The notes: a model not told the origin generated them from the sequence alone. A DNA stretch of 64,000 bases from Escherichia coli (GCF_965641715.1 NZ_OZ282453.1); one strand, 5' to 3'; counted from the stretch's first letter, positions 35,274 to 44,549 are shown. Made by a program: numbers and translations.

Positions 35274-36017
35274 TTATTCTTGAGCGGAGCCAGAACTCAT
35301 CTCACTGAATGCAGCCATCCTGTAACCTTCCGGGGTGACCCCAAAATAACGCCTGAATACACTGATAAAATAAGATGTATTATTATAGCCACACTGCACA
35401 GCGATTCTGTTGATGGCACAGCTATATTGATGCAACAGCATTGCTGCCATTCTCATTCTCTCCGTAAGCAACAACTCACTGAAACATGTGCCTTCTTCTT
35501 TCAGTCTTTTTTTTAACAAACTTTCACTCATACATAACCGTGATGACACATCTCGCAGAGTCCAGTTTGCTGCAATGTCTGTATGAAACAACGCACCAAG
35601 CCTGCCGCTGATAGTACTGATACACGCGGTCATAAACGACGAAAACATTTTATCTGATGAAAAAAACGCCAGACACGAAAAGGAAAGCATTTCCGCTAAA
35701 TTGTCCGTATGAATCTTTTCCTCATAAAGATAATCAATCAGGATGCCCATCAATTCTGGCCTGGGAAAACTCATGCAAAGATATCGTGGCATTTTCCGGA
35801 CTAAAACAACATCCTGTTTTACCCCACTACGCAACAGGTAACGGCTAATTGTCGATTCACTGAGACTTATACGCCGAAAACATTCAGAAAAGGGCAATAA
35901 CGGTCCAGCCCCTCCCCTGACAAGAAGTGCACTACCACTTTCCAGAGAGAGTACTTTTCCTTCGAAGAGCACAACAAACGGGGAATGAACAAAAATAACA
36001 GAACAGGCCTCATTCAT
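35274..36017 (-). CDS. AraC-family transcriptional regulator (AppY/EnvY-like prophage moron)
   Basis: C-terminal AraC HTH (...NRIAVQCGYNNTSYFISVFRRYFGVTPEGY) resembling AppY; AT-rich; sits between Q and the lysis genes. Start may be 36077 or the internal Met at 36017. Confidence 0.8.
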   Translation of the reverse strand: MNEACSVIFVHSPFVVLFEGKVLSLESGSALLVRGGAGPLLPFSECFRRISLSESTISRYLLRSGVKQDVVLVRKMPRYLCMSFPRPELMGILIDYLYEEKIHTDNLAEMLSFSCLAFFSSDKMFSSFMTACISTISGRLGALFHTDIAANWTLRDVSSRLCMSESLLKKRLKEEGTCFSELLLTERMRMAAMLLHQYSCAINRIAVQCGYNNTSYFISVFRRYFGVTPEGYRMAAFSEMSSGSAQE

Positions 36018-36260
36018 ATCAATATCCCTGACATTACTGGTCGCAAGATAAGTATATATCACTTTACAAAAATGCAAGCCGTGAGCCCCGAATTCACAAC
36101 CACCAGCGCGTTTAACACCCTGTGCCGTTTTTCAGGCATAAAAAAACCCGCATAAAGCGGGCTCTTTCAGGTGTCCATGTCTGCTATTCGCCTCGCGATA
36201 CAGCTTTGCGAAGCGTACCAGAATTGAAGCAGTTTATTGGTAAAAATGCAATAACTTTTT

Positions 36261-36803
36261 TTATTGGTTTTCTCCACATAACGCTAACTTCATTGGTATA
36301 TACAAAATGTGTTCAGCAACACCCAACCATGCGTCAATGCGATTTCTGCAAGTTTTCAAGCTCCAGCCAGGACGATACTTATTTAACTGTTGTGCCATTT
36401 TCAGCTTACTCATCCCCCTCCCCTCATACCGTTGTCGGAGGATGCTAATCAATCCCGGATGTTCTGCCATTACTTCACTAATTACCCGGTCAATACATAA
36501 CGCCTCTGCATCAGTACAATGCGCCAGCCAGCTCTTTTGCTTGCCGTTGGTCATCTCTCGCAAAAACGCTTCCAGCTCAGGTTTCTCTATTCCCGCTTTT
36601 TTCATTCTGCGCAGGGCTTCATTGATGGCTGTTTTCGTCAATTTTTTGGATGCCAACAACTGATTGAACATATTTCCTGACCTGCCACCACCAATATACG
36701 ACCAGCGCCCCCACATACGTAGTTTTCCCTGAATCCAGACACTTTCCAGCGTGGTAAGACGAAGGTGCTCTCCGCTTTTTCCTGTGTTCGTTGGGTAAAT
36801 CAT
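36261..36803 (-). CDS. Putative late-gene antiterminator (Q-like, assigned by position)
   Basis: About 180 aa ORF immediately downstream of the YbcO-like nin gene and upstream of the late region; no sequence similarity to lambda Q recalled. Confidence 0.45.
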   Translation of the reverse strand: MIYPTNTGKSGEHLRLTTLESVWIQGKLRMWGRWSYIGGGRSGNMFNQLLASKKLTKTAINEALRRMKKAGIEKPELEAFLREMTNGKQKSWLAHCTDAEALCIDRVISEVMAEHPGLISILRQRYEGRGMSKLKMAQQLNKYRPGWSLKTCRNRIDAWLGVAEHILYIPMKLALCGENQ

Positions 36804-37090
36804 AAATAACCTTCCTTTCTCCAGATCTCTTGTGTGCGAAAAACACCTTCTGCATGCATCAGACGCAATTCTTCTTTGGTGTAATCGCTGGTTTTTACTC
36901 TCCCGTCGATTAAATCGTGGCATGAGTTACAGGCAATCGCCGCCTGCATATCGTGTGGTTTTGTCGCAGTTCCGCATGTTCCCGTCAGTCGGTAATGCGC
37001 CAGCACAGAAGTTTCGGGATTGTGATTGCAGTAGCCAGGAATTCTGACGGTGCACATCAGCCCCCGCGCCGCTTTACGTAAATCCACCAT
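36800..37090 (-). CDS. YbcO-like protein (DUF1364, putative nuclease of the nin region)
   Basis: 96 aa MVDLRKAARGLMCTVRIPGYCNHNPETSVLAHYRLTG... resembles DLP12 YbcO. Confidence 0.75.
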   Translation of the reverse strand: MVDLRKAARGLMCTVRIPGYCNHNPETSVLAHYRLTGTCGTATKPHDMQAAIACNSCHDLIDGRVKTSDYTKEELRLMHAEGVFRTQEIWRKEGYL

Positions 37091-37701
37091 TACGCAAACT
37101 CCAGTAACTGCGCGGCCACATTTTCGACTTCCTCCGGAGAGGAAAATTTACGGAACAGGATCCAGTTCCACAGCACATTCAGTACAGATTTATAAACCTG
37201 CTGAAACTCGGTTTCGTCCATGTTCGCAAATGCGATAGATTTTGCCCTGCGCCCACGACTACCATCAGGATAAATATGCTCGATGTAAAATCCGGCCTGA
37301 ATGGTTACCCATTCGCGAAAAGCCTCAAATGACTTGAGTAAGGCCGTATCCCGGGTTCTGCAAGTCGCAACGGTGTTAAGGTATTGCTCTGCGGCATCAC
37401 TCAGGGCTGGCGTATGTTCCCGACCTACTGATTCGCACAGGAAATCAACGAAACCGGACACCAGTTCTCGTTCGCGAGGCGTGATCGCCCCACCGTTCGG
37501 AGTCCAGTAATCGAATCCCAGTTGCAGGAGTTTGAAAAAACGCTTGTGGAACGCGTAGTTACGCACTCGCTTAAAGTCCGCGTGTATCCACTCACCTATT
37601 TTGATTTGATGCAAAAAATCGCAACTCTCCGGCGTCGCCGGGAGAAGTAATCCAGAAGAGGTTTGTTTGACCAGTTGTATATGCGCCATTGCTTTCTCCA
37701 A
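37090..37701 (-). CDS. Conserved lambdoid nin-region protein (DUF1367-like)
   Basis: 203 aa ORF adjacent to the YbcO-like gene; family assignment from memory. Confidence 0.5.
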   Translation of the reverse strand: MEKAMAHIQLVKQTSSGLLLPATPESCDFLHQIKIGEWIHADFKRVRNYAFHKRFFKLLQLGFDYWTPNGGAITPRERELVSGFVDFLCESVGREHTPALSDAAEQYLNTVATCRTRDTALLKSFEAFREWVTIQAGFYIEHIYPDGSRGRRAKSIAFANMDETEFQQVYKSVLNVLWNWILFRKFSSPEEVENVAAQLLEFA

Positions 37702-37748
37702 TGGCGCTGTAGGTTGCCAGGTGTTCAGGTTGGCTTACGAATTATAAC

Positions 37749-37923
37749 TCATTCCCGAACGACCTTGAAACCGAGCCTTTCCAGGTATTCAATGAATGCC
37801 TCGATAGATAAAATCACATGATCATCAGGAATTAACGTTGCGTAGATAACATCCCCGTTCTCAACGCGCACAGCATAGAGGCTATTTTCACTAAAAATTT
37901 CACGCAATTCTTCGATTTTCATC
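37749..37923 (-). CDS. Hypothetical small protein (57 aa)
   Basis: ORF MKIEELREIFSENSLYAVRVENGDVIYATLIPDDHVILSIEAFIEYLERLGFKVVRE, not in the ORF track (under 60 aa); weak RBS. Confidence 0.3.
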
Positions 37924-38172
37924 AGCAGAATCCTTCTGGATAAATAACTTTCCCCTGTTTGGGGTCCATCCCTCTTCTCCCTGCGCGCTAACTAAGTAAT
38001 ATGATTCTATTTACCCCTAACGGCCCCTCAAGAACCACAACCAACGGAGTACACAAAAAGCTAATCAACTACGCTACGCAATAAAAAACCCGCCGAAGCG
38101 GGTTAAGTGCGGGTGCGTTGAGGATGCCTGACACATCAGAGGTGGCGAGGGATTTCTCCCCCGCCAGGTCTC

Positions 38173-38328
38173 TTACTCCTCAGGTTCGTAAGCTGTGAAG
38201 ACAGCGACCTCCGTCTGGCCGGTTCGGATTCGTACCTCGCAGAGGTCTTTCCTCGTTACCAGTGCCGTCACAATGACGGTTAAACAGATGACGATCAGGG
38301 CGATTAACATCGCCTTTTGCTGCTTCAT
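38173..38328 (-). CDS. hok: Hok-family type I toxin
   Basis: 51 aa MKQQKAMLIALIVICLTVIVTALVTRKDLCEVRIRTGQTEVAVFTAYEPEE matches the Hok/Gef family (HokD-like); RBS GGAGG upstream. Confidence 0.92.
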   Translation of the reverse strand: MKQQKAMLIALIVICLTVIVTALVTRKDLCEVRIRTGQTEVAVFTAYEPEE

Positions 38329-38385
38329 AGACTGCTCCTCCTTGCCTTTCGGCACGTAAGAGGCTAACCTATGTGTGTAGAGCAT
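38173..38385 (-). CDS. mok: Mok (overlapping reading frame that couples hok translation)
   Basis: 70 aa ORF MLYTHRLASYVPKGKEEQSMKQQ... extending upstream in the hok frame, as in hok/mok/sok loci. Confidence 0.6.
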   Translation of the reverse strand: MLYTHRLASYVPKGKEEQSMKQQKAMLIALIVICLTVIVTALVTRKDLCEVRIRTGQTEVAVFTAYEPEE

Positions 38386-38400
38386 AGATATGGCCTCAGA
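38330..38400 (+). ncRNA. sok: Predicted Sok-like antisense RNA region (boundaries not determined)
   Basis: Inferred from the hok/mok architecture only; not mapped by sequence. Confidence 0.3.
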
Positions 38401-38699
38401 TTAATGTTAAGCGTCTTGCAGGACGCGTAATGTTAACTGGGGCTTTTCTCTGTCTGCCTTACAGTGGCATGCCCGAGGCAGACAGCCTCAAGCACCCGCA
38501 GCTATTCTACTTAACTATCCTTTTCCCGCAAATCGTTTTATCCTCAACGCAAATTTCACCAATCCCCCCCCAACTCGTGTCCCTTACCCTCAGGCTGTTT
38601 CCCTCTTTACACAGAAGATAATTAATGTATTGTTTTTTACAAACAATCAGTTAAGAGCTATCTGTGGGTGGAGTCGCCTTGCGGTAGCTTTTCCTTTTA

Positions 38700-38750
38700 T
38701 GCATTGCACACATACATGCTCTAATATATTCCTATATATTCAAAAGGACT
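38700..38750 (+). promoter_or_regulatory. Putative promoter and RBS of the two-gene cassette
   Basis: AT-rich region with TTGCAC and TAATAT/TATATT hexamers (spacing not ideal) and AAGGA 7 nt upstream of ATG 38755. Confidence 0.3.
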
Positions 38751-38754
38751 TTTC

Positions 38755-39687
38755 ATGCACAGCGTTAACTTCTATTCATTCCGTGTGTTAACCCACAAGG
38801 GCAGCCGAACCAGCAAAAGACTAAACAACCTAGGTTTAGGCGATAAAAAAACAGCATATGAATTATTTGTTGAGTATTTTAATAACTATAAAAACACACC
38901 TATTGAATTTGGTCTCTCGAAAACAAAGGTTTCTCTTGAACAACACACATCACTCACCTTTGATGCTCAAAACCAAGTAATATATGGATATGTAAAGGTT
39001 GGAAAATATGGTGAGAGCAGTGAAATAAAAGACGATAAACTTACTAAAATACGTTATACAACAACTATCAACGATGTAACTCTCAAACAGCGTTACATTT
39101 TAATATTTTTGCCTGACAATTTAGAAGAAGGGATTATAGCATTTCACGCTAATGACAATATTTCTGCTCGCAGCACACTCTCTGATGCATTACTAGACCA
39201 CTTGAAGACAAAATATAAACTTGAAGCGAGAATCAATCCCCTTTGCCACAAAAAAATCCCCCAACACATCCTTGATTCAGAATTAAAACAAATAAAAGCC
39301 CAAGGTTACAAAGCACCAAAGGACATCACGGATGCATTCGGAAATAACAAAACAAACATCAAAACTGATTTGGTAATAAAATCAAATCAAGGCGTATTTG
39401 GTAGTTTTAAAGACTTAAAAGACAAAAAACTAGGAAATATAATAGAAATAATTGAAGATAAGTGTGACGCAATAAAAGTTAGTTTACAATTAGGCAATAG
39501 AACAGTCATTTTTAATTACGACACCATCTTAAGAAAAGGAATTTCTGCCGAATTAGATGATAACGACTTAAACATAAACGCATCTACAGGAATCCCCGAT
39601 CTTAAAGCACTTCATGACACTGTTAAAATCATTGCGAATGATATACTAAGTGAGTTACATAGTGGTAATGGGGGAGTAAAAATATGA
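38755..39687 (+). CDS. Hypothetical 310 aa soluble protein, first gene of an AT-rich two-gene cassette (candidate phage-defence or exclusion component)
   Basis: ORF MHSVNFYSFRVLTHKGSRTSKRLNNLGLGDKK...; Lys/Asn/Ile-rich; no TM helices; no motif I can assign; stop overlaps the start of the next gene (ATGA). Confidence 0.6.
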   Translation: MHSVNFYSFRVLTHKGSRTSKRLNNLGLGDKKTAYELFVEYFNNYKNTPIEFGLSKTKVSLEQHTSLTFDAQNQVIYGYVKVGKYGESSEIKDDKLTKIRYTTTINDVTLKQRYILIFLPDNLEEGIIAFHANDNISARSTLSDALLDHLKTKYKLEARINPLCHKKIPQHILDSELKQIKAQGYKAPKDITDAFGNNKTNIKTDLVIKSNQGVFGSFKDLKDKKLGNIIEIIEDKCDAIKVSLQLGNRTVIFNYDTILRKGISAELDDNDLNINASTGIPDLKALHDTVKIIANDILSELHSGNGGVKI

Positions 39688-40238
39688 ACAAGATTAACGT
39701 AATGAGTGTAATAAAAAAACATTACACAACAATGTCGGATCAACGCGGAAATATTTTACTCGAAGACATCGCAATACACTTCATCATTCCTCTTACATTA
39801 TCATTAATCATATGTTTTACCTATGGGATAATGAAAACCTCTATCGCATCTGTTTTTGTTAACTTTGGAGCAATTACTACCGCGCTGTTAATGAGCGCGG
39901 TTATTATGATCTACGATCAAAAACAAAAAACTGCATTTAAAATTTCAGACATTGAGGAAAACAACAAACCACGTTCAAATCTAATAATTTTAAATAATAA
40001 TAAAACCGTATATGAGCAATTATGTCACAATGTTTCTTATGCCATATTAACATCTGTAGCGTTAGTTATTTTTTCGGTTGCGATATATTTTCTCCCAGAA
40101 ACCCCAAGTGAATTAAAAAAATGGTATTTCGCAACCCCTGCTTACATAATCAGTTATTTAGCATACTCATCCTTCTTTTTTACCGTAGTAACATTCTTGA
40201 TGGTTATAAAAAGATTTAGCACAATATTAGATAGTTAA
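39684..40238 (+). CDS. Hypothetical 184 aa integral membrane protein (four predicted TM helices), second gene of the cassette
   Basis: Hydrophobic segments IAIHFIIPLTLSLIICFTYGI, IASVFVNFGAITTALLMSAVIMIY, VSYAILTSVALVIFSVAIYFL, YIISYLAYSSFFFTVVTFLMVI; translationally coupled to the upstream gene. Confidence 0.6.
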   Translation: MNKINVMSVIKKHYTTMSDQRGNILLEDIAIHFIIPLTLSLIICFTYGIMKTSIASVFVNFGAITTALLMSAVIMIYDQKQKTAFKISDIEENNKPRSNLIILNNNKTVYEQLCHNVSYAILTSVALVIFSVAIYFLPETPSELKKWYFATPAYIISYLAYSSFFFTVVTFLMVIKRFSTILDS

Positions 40239-40249
40239 ACAATGGAACC

Positions 40250-40280
40250 GCCGCCCTTTCGGGCGGCTTCCTGATTTTCT
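40250..40280 (+). terminator. Rho-independent terminator after the cassette
   Basis: Hairpin gccgccc-tttc-gggcggc followed by ttcctgatttt. Confidence 0.65.
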
Positions 40281-40335
40281 GAGGGTGCAGAAATCCCTCC
40301 TGTTAAGGATTAATTTTTAGCAGTGCTAAATTTAA

Positions 40336-40692
40336 TTATTCAGTTCTGGATTTTGTCGCCCTGCGTATCCGCGCTTTCGCGTTACGCTCAATCTGAATTA
40401 GCTTTTCTATATTTTTTCGCCTTTCCCGTTCCTCCTTGCGCAATAGTCTTACATCATCTGCCAGTCTGGTTTCTCTTTTCGCCACAGAGAGCATCCAGTC
40501 AAATGGCTCCACAACTGCACCGCAGATTTTACAGCGGACCTGACGCTCTTTTTCGTCACCCCGGACAGAGGCGTGATGACAATATGGTCTTTCCGATGGC
40601 TCATAAAGAAAATTAACCTGATTACGTGGGTCATCCTCTTTTACCGGAAATAAAACAATATTACTTAACTCATCTTCTGGTTTTATTTCCAT
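40336..40692 (-). CDS. Hypothetical phage protein with a Cys/His cluster (possible zinc ribbon)
   Basis: ORF 40336..40734; probable start MEIKPEDEL...; contains CHH...CKIC. Confidence 0.4.
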   Translation of the reverse strand: MEIKPEDELSNIVLFPVKEDDPRNQVNFLYEPSERPYCHHASVRGDEKERQVRCKICGAVVEPFDWMLSVAKRETRLADDVRLLRKEERERRKNIEKLIQIERNAKARIRRATKSRTE

Positions 40693-40696
40693 GCTC

Positions 40697-41284
40697 CTAT
40701 CCTTTGATACGAATGCCAGCGGCGCGGGAATCATTCCATCGCTTTACTTCTTCACGAATTACGTCAATGCATTCTTTCGAATCCATTAGGTAATCTTCAT
40801 CAAAAAGACGTTCCTGTTCGTTTTCTATCGCAACAATGATTGCTTCAACTAACTTTTGTGCCTGAGAATCACTTTCTAACTCTGCTATGCGCTTACTCCC
40901 ATCCGAGATAACACCTTCGTAATACTCACGCTGCTCGTTGAGTTTTGATTTTGTCTCCTCAAGCTCAACACGCAGCTTCCCTACCGTTAGCGCAATTTCC
41001 TCGTTCTCCTGGTCGCGGCGTTTGATGTATTGCTGGTTTCTTTCCCGTTCGTCCAGTAGTGCCTGTACTACTTCAGGGTTGAAAGCTGCGATATAACGAG
41101 CGTTGTTCTCTGCGTTTTTCTGTTCGTCGAATCCAGGCCAGTCGACAATATCTCCGTGATGATTATCTCTAGGTGTGTGCACGGCGTACGTGCCGTATTT
41201 GCCCGGCGAAATAAATGCGACCCATTCGCCCTGTGTTGCCTGTTTTGCTAGCTCACGCAGTGCCTGATAGTCAATTTTGCTCAC
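40697..41284 (-). CDS. Ea22-like early phage protein
   Basis: 195 aa MSKIDYQALRELAKQATQGEWVAF... with coiled-coil middle; resembles the ead/Ea22 family of lambdoid prophages. Confidence 0.6.
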   Translation of the reverse strand: MSKIDYQALRELAKQATQGEWVAFISPGKYGTYAVHTPRDNHHGDIVDWPGFDEQKNAENNARYIAAFNPEVVQALLDERERNQQYIKRRDQENEEIALTVGKLRVELEETKSKLNEQREYYEGVISDGSKRIAELESDSQAQKLVEAIIVAIENEQERLFDEDYLMDSKECIDVIREEVKRWNDSRAAGIRIKG

Positions 41285-41505
41285 TCTTCATCCTCCAAGT
41301 CGGCAACGGCGTCCATCACATCAGAACCGCGAATAATCTCAAAAGCACGGCAGGCCATTTGAAATACCAGTTGCTCTTGCGGATGCGGTGATTCCCAATA
41401 TTTGAACCCAGGGCGATGCGCGTACCCCATCATGGTATAAAAATCGCCAGCAAGTTCAATCGCGGCATCAACAAGTTCGCGATTTGTCATCGTCTGTTCT
41501 GTCAT
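41281..41505 (-). CDS. Hypothetical phage protein (74 aa)
   Basis: ORF in operon context, overlapping its neighbours by 4 nt. Confidence 0.4.
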   Translation of the reverse strand: MTEQTMTNRELVDAAIELAGDFYTMMGYAHRPGFKYWESPHPQEQLVFQMACRAFEIIRGSDVMDAVADLEDEE

Positions 41506-41777
41506 TTGGTTTTCTCCTGTCTGAACATCATGATCATCAGGTCGCCTTTTGCCGTTATCCTGACTGTTGTGCCTGGCTCTATGCTGCTAAGGTCAAATGC
41601 ATCATAGAATTCATTCAACGCTTTCTGGCGCCTCTCCTGTTTGCGTCGCTTTTCCCACTGCTTCAGATAAACAGAGATCGCCCAACTCCCCGCGCTGAAC
41701 ATGATGTAACACCAACCAAGCAGCGCCAGACCTGTGTTGAGGACCGTATCAATCGTTATTGTTGTATCGATATTCAC
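41502..41777 (-). CDS. Hypothetical small membrane protein (91 aa)
   Basis: One hydrophobic helix LALLGWCYIMFSAGSWAISVYL; operon context. Confidence 0.4.
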   Translation of the reverse strand: MNIDTTITIDTVLNTGLALLGWCYIMFSAGSWAISVYLKQWEKRRKQERRQKALNEFYDAFDLSSIEPGTTVRITAKGDLMIMMFRQEKTK

Positions 41778-42211
41778 TGCGCTGCCTCCTGAAAGTATCC
41801 TCGATAAAACGCCAGCACGCGCTGCATAACCTCACTATTCCGGCACTCGCGACAGATTATGTTCTGTCGTCTGTTGTAACGACGTATTTCTCCGTCTGGT
41901 AATGACCAGATAAGGTCAGGATCAACCACAACCGATTTCTTCACCTTTGCCCTTGATAGTTTTTTGCGGGCGTTTTGCCAGTCTTTACGCGCCTGCTCAG
42001 ACGGTAATAATCCGTAGCCTGAATTGTAAACATCACCACTGGCGACCAGTTCTCTGGCGAGAGTGCTTATGTAATACCTTGATGCACCGGTTTTAGCCTC
42101 CAGAGCCCGTAACGTCTCGCGACCGCTCAGACGTACAAGTTCAACAACCTGCCCTTTAATTTTTTCCCGCTCTTCTGGTGTAAATACTTTTGCCATAAGC
42201 GCCTCCGGCAA
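41774..42211 (-). CDS. Hypothetical phage protein (145 aa)
   Basis: ORF in the early-right operon; probable start at MAKVFT. Confidence 0.4.
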   Translation of the reverse strand: MPEALMAKVFTPEEREKIKGQVVELVRLSGRETLRALEAKTGASRYYISTLARELVASGDVYNSGYGLLPSEQARKDWQNARKKLSRAKVKKSVVVDPDLIWSLPDGEIRRYNRRQNIICRECRNSEVMQRVLAFYRGYFQEAAQ

Positions 42212-42973
42212 TCACTTTTCCGATACAACACGGCGGGAAGAATCAGTAATCTGTCGAACAATATCCCGGTGCTTGTTCAGCTCCCGCAGCGCGGCGCAGA
42301 CTCGCTCCCACTTCTGAACATGATTTTTCGCCCGACGCAATTCGCGGTTTGCCATATGCAGCGATGGTAAAACCAGGTCATCCGCTCGCGTTTCAGTAAA
42401 CGATGGCAGCGACTGCACAATGTCCGCCACAGTTTCTGTTTTAATATCTTCCTGTGTTGCAGCCTCCTGTACTGGTAACGCAACACCTGCGGGCTGAGGA
42501 AAGGCCTTACCATCAGTTTCCGCTACCGATGCTGCTTTCGGCTCTGCTGGTAAATTATCGCCCGGTATGCAGTAACGAAATTTACCGCCCTGATTTACGC
42601 GAATCAGACGACCTTTGCTGATTGCCATTGCCAGCATTGAAGCCACTTTGCGTGATGCGGTACCAAACAATGTAGCCAGCTCATCAGCCGTTTGTGGTCC
42701 GCGTTGTTCAATCGTCGCGGTTAAATCGCACTCTGATATTTTCGCTACTGTTGCTGTGGTGGTTTCTTCCGGCAGTTCTGCCTGCGCTGGCTGTTCCTGC
42801 TGAACGTTGTTATCAGCCACACGCCAGGTGTACGCACTTTTATCAACAAAACCAGCCTTTTTCAGCTCCCATAGTTCGTTCAGCACTTCTTCACGACTGA
42901 TATCAAGTCGCGCAGCAAGTTCTATGGATGTGGCTTTTCCCATTGCTTTCAGTGCGTCAAAAACAGTCTCCAT
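42212..42973 (-). CDS. ydaW: YdaW-like protein (DUF1627-like)
   Basis: 253 aa ORF directly downstream of ydaV, as in Rac; predicted N-terminal winged helix. Confidence 0.5.
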   Translation of the reverse strand: METVFDALKAMGKATSIELAARLDISREEVLNELWELKKAGFVDKSAYTWRVADNNVQQEQPAQAELPEETTTATVAKISECDLTATIEQRGPQTADELATLFGTASRKVASMLAMAISKGRLIRVNQGGKFRYCIPGDNLPAEPKAASVAETDGKAFPQPAGVALPVQEAATQEDIKTETVADIVQSLPSFTETRADDLVLPSLHMANRELRRAKNHVQKWERVCAALRELNKHRDIVRQITDSSRRVVSEK

Positions 42974-42994
42974 TAAATTTTCTCCCGGTAAAAA

Positions 42995-43741
42995 TTACTT
43001 CGCAATTCCTGGCTGGACGACATTCGGACGCCAGCTCTCCCAGTTAAAATTCACCCATCGCCCGCCGTTCATGGTCATGCGATCCATAATCCGCTCGCCG
43101 AGCAATGTTTTCATGGCCTCATAGTTCAGGTTTGTCAGCATTCCCACGCTACGCATCGACGCTGTCCGTCGATCAATAATCTGGTGCAGTACCACCTGCT
43201 CGTTTTTCGTCTCGCGCTGAATGCCAATTTCATCAAGAACCAGCAGATCCACTTCGCACAGTTCCCGCAAAAATTTTTCGCCTGACTGCCCGTCGTCATA
43301 GCTGGCGTGGAGGGCACTCATAACATCAGCCACGGTAACCACAATCACTGTCTGACCGTCTTTCAGCAGGCGATTCCCGATAGCTGCTGCTAAGTGGTTC
43401 TTCCCGGTACCAGGTTTTCCGCTAAACGCGAAATTTGTGCATCCGGTAACCAGTTCGTCAGCGATAGATTTCGCCAGACTCAACGCGTATCGCTGGCCGT
43501 CGTTCTGCACCTGGTAATTCGCAAACGAGCATTTACGGTGCAACGGCTGGATGCCTGAGCGATTCAGAATTTTTTCCACCCGCAACTGGCGATTCAGGCG
43601 GTTGATCTCCTCGCTACGTTTCTGGCCTTCAGCAAGTTGCCACTCGCGCCACTCCGCTACCGTTCTGAATGGGGCAGTTACATGTGGTGGGGTCAGTCTG
43701 CGGATACGCTCCAGAACGCCTCCTGTCGCAATATTTTTCAT
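42995..43741 (-). CDS. ydaV: DnaC-like replication protein (helicase loader, AAA+)
   Basis: 248 aa with Walker A GKPGTGKNHLA and Walker B LLVLDEIG; matches Rac YdaV. Confidence 0.9.
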   Translation of the reverse strand: MKNIATGGVLERIRRLTPPHVTAPFRTVAEWREWQLAEGQKRSEEINRLNRQLRVEKILNRSGIQPLHRKCSFANYQVQNDGQRYALSLAKSIADELVTGCTNFAFSGKPGTGKNHLAAAIGNRLLKDGQTVIVVTVADVMSALHASYDDGQSGEKFLRELCEVDLLVLDEIGIQRETKNEQVVLHQIIDRRTASMRSVGMLTNLNYEAMKTLLGERIMDRMTMNGGRWVNFNWESWRPNVVQPGIAK

Positions 43742-43747
43742 GGTCTG

Positions 43748-44536
43748 TTACCCCCTGAAGCCTGGCGGGATCGCACTATCCGGTAACGAAACGGTGTTAA
43801 CCTGTCGGAGTAACGTCTCAGGTCGAACACCTTTCGGCGCGAACAAGCCCTGGTATTCATTAGCAATGCTGTGTCGAATCACCTGCTCAGGTGAAAAACC
43901 CTGCTGGCGGAATTTTTCCAGCTCTCGTATCGCCCCGTTAGCGCCCTGCTCCGTTCGAATCGGTTTTCGCAATGCCTGCCTGAACTGAACCCACTCATGC
44001 CAGAGTGTTTCCGGCAACCAGTCAGGCAGCTCGATAGCCTCCGGCTCGAATTTTTTAGACGCTCGTTTTTGGCGAAGGGGATTTAGGGGGAGATCAGTAT
44101 TTATATCTTCCTCTTCCTCTTCCTCTGGTAACGCTTTTTGATCCGTTTGTGTAACGCTGCCAGCGTTACCTTTTCGTTTCAGTTCGCGTATTTTTGTAAC
44201 TCGCTCGTTTGTAACCGCCCGTTTTTTAGAGCTTTTTCCGTTATGACGTTCAAAGTTAGGTAGAGAAAGCCCACCGTCATTTTCGACCAGCCATCCAACC
44301 TGAATTAACGCATCAGCAAAACCAGCCATAAAAGTGATGCGATCTATTGCACTTTTTGTAACGCCGCGAGCGTTACAATCTGCATTACCGTCTATCATTT
44401 GTTGATCCGCCCATGCCCAGAAGCGAATAACCTTCCCTAATGCGGCATCTGGATCAATATTCAGAATCTCAGCAAGCCTGAATATTTCCGGCTTATCCGG
44501 CGTAATAACTTCGAGCTTTATCCAGTTTGAAGCCAT
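43748..44536 (-). CDS. ydaU: Replication initiation protein YdaU-like (DUF1376)
   Basis: 262 aa MASNWIKLEVITPDKPEIFRLAEILNIDPDAALGKV...; Rac gene order; contains the palindromic repeats listed below. Confidence 0.8.
   Translation of the reverse strand: MASNWIKLEVITPDKPEIFRLAEILNIDPDAALGKVIRFWAWADQQMIDGNADCNARGVTKSAIDRITFMAGFADALIQVGWLVENDGGLSLPNFERHNGKSSKKRAVTNERVTKIRELKRKGNAGSVTQTDQKALPEEEEEEDINTDLPLNPLRQKRASKKFEPEAIELPDWLPETLWHEWVQFRQALRKPIRTEQGANGAIRELEKFRQQGFSPEQVIRHSIANEYQGLFAPKGVRPETLLRQVNTVSLPDSAIPPGFRG
44151..44169. repeat. 19-bp palindrome GTAACGCTGCCAGCGTTAC (copy 1 of 3)
   Basis: Perfect inverted repeat; related copies at 44358 and 44550. Confidence 0.8.
44358..44376. repeat. 19-bp palindrome GTAACGCCGCGAGCGTTAC (copy 2 of 3)
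   Basis: Same half-sites GTAACGC / GCGTTAC. Confidence 0.8.
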
Positions 44537-44549
44537 TTGTTTTCACCTT

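Noticed and set aside
38755-40238. Cassette as a lambda RexA/RexB homologue
   Set aside because: Architecture is similar, but it is not next to the repressor and I recognise no sequence similarity to RexA or RexB; reported as unassigned rather than as rexAB.
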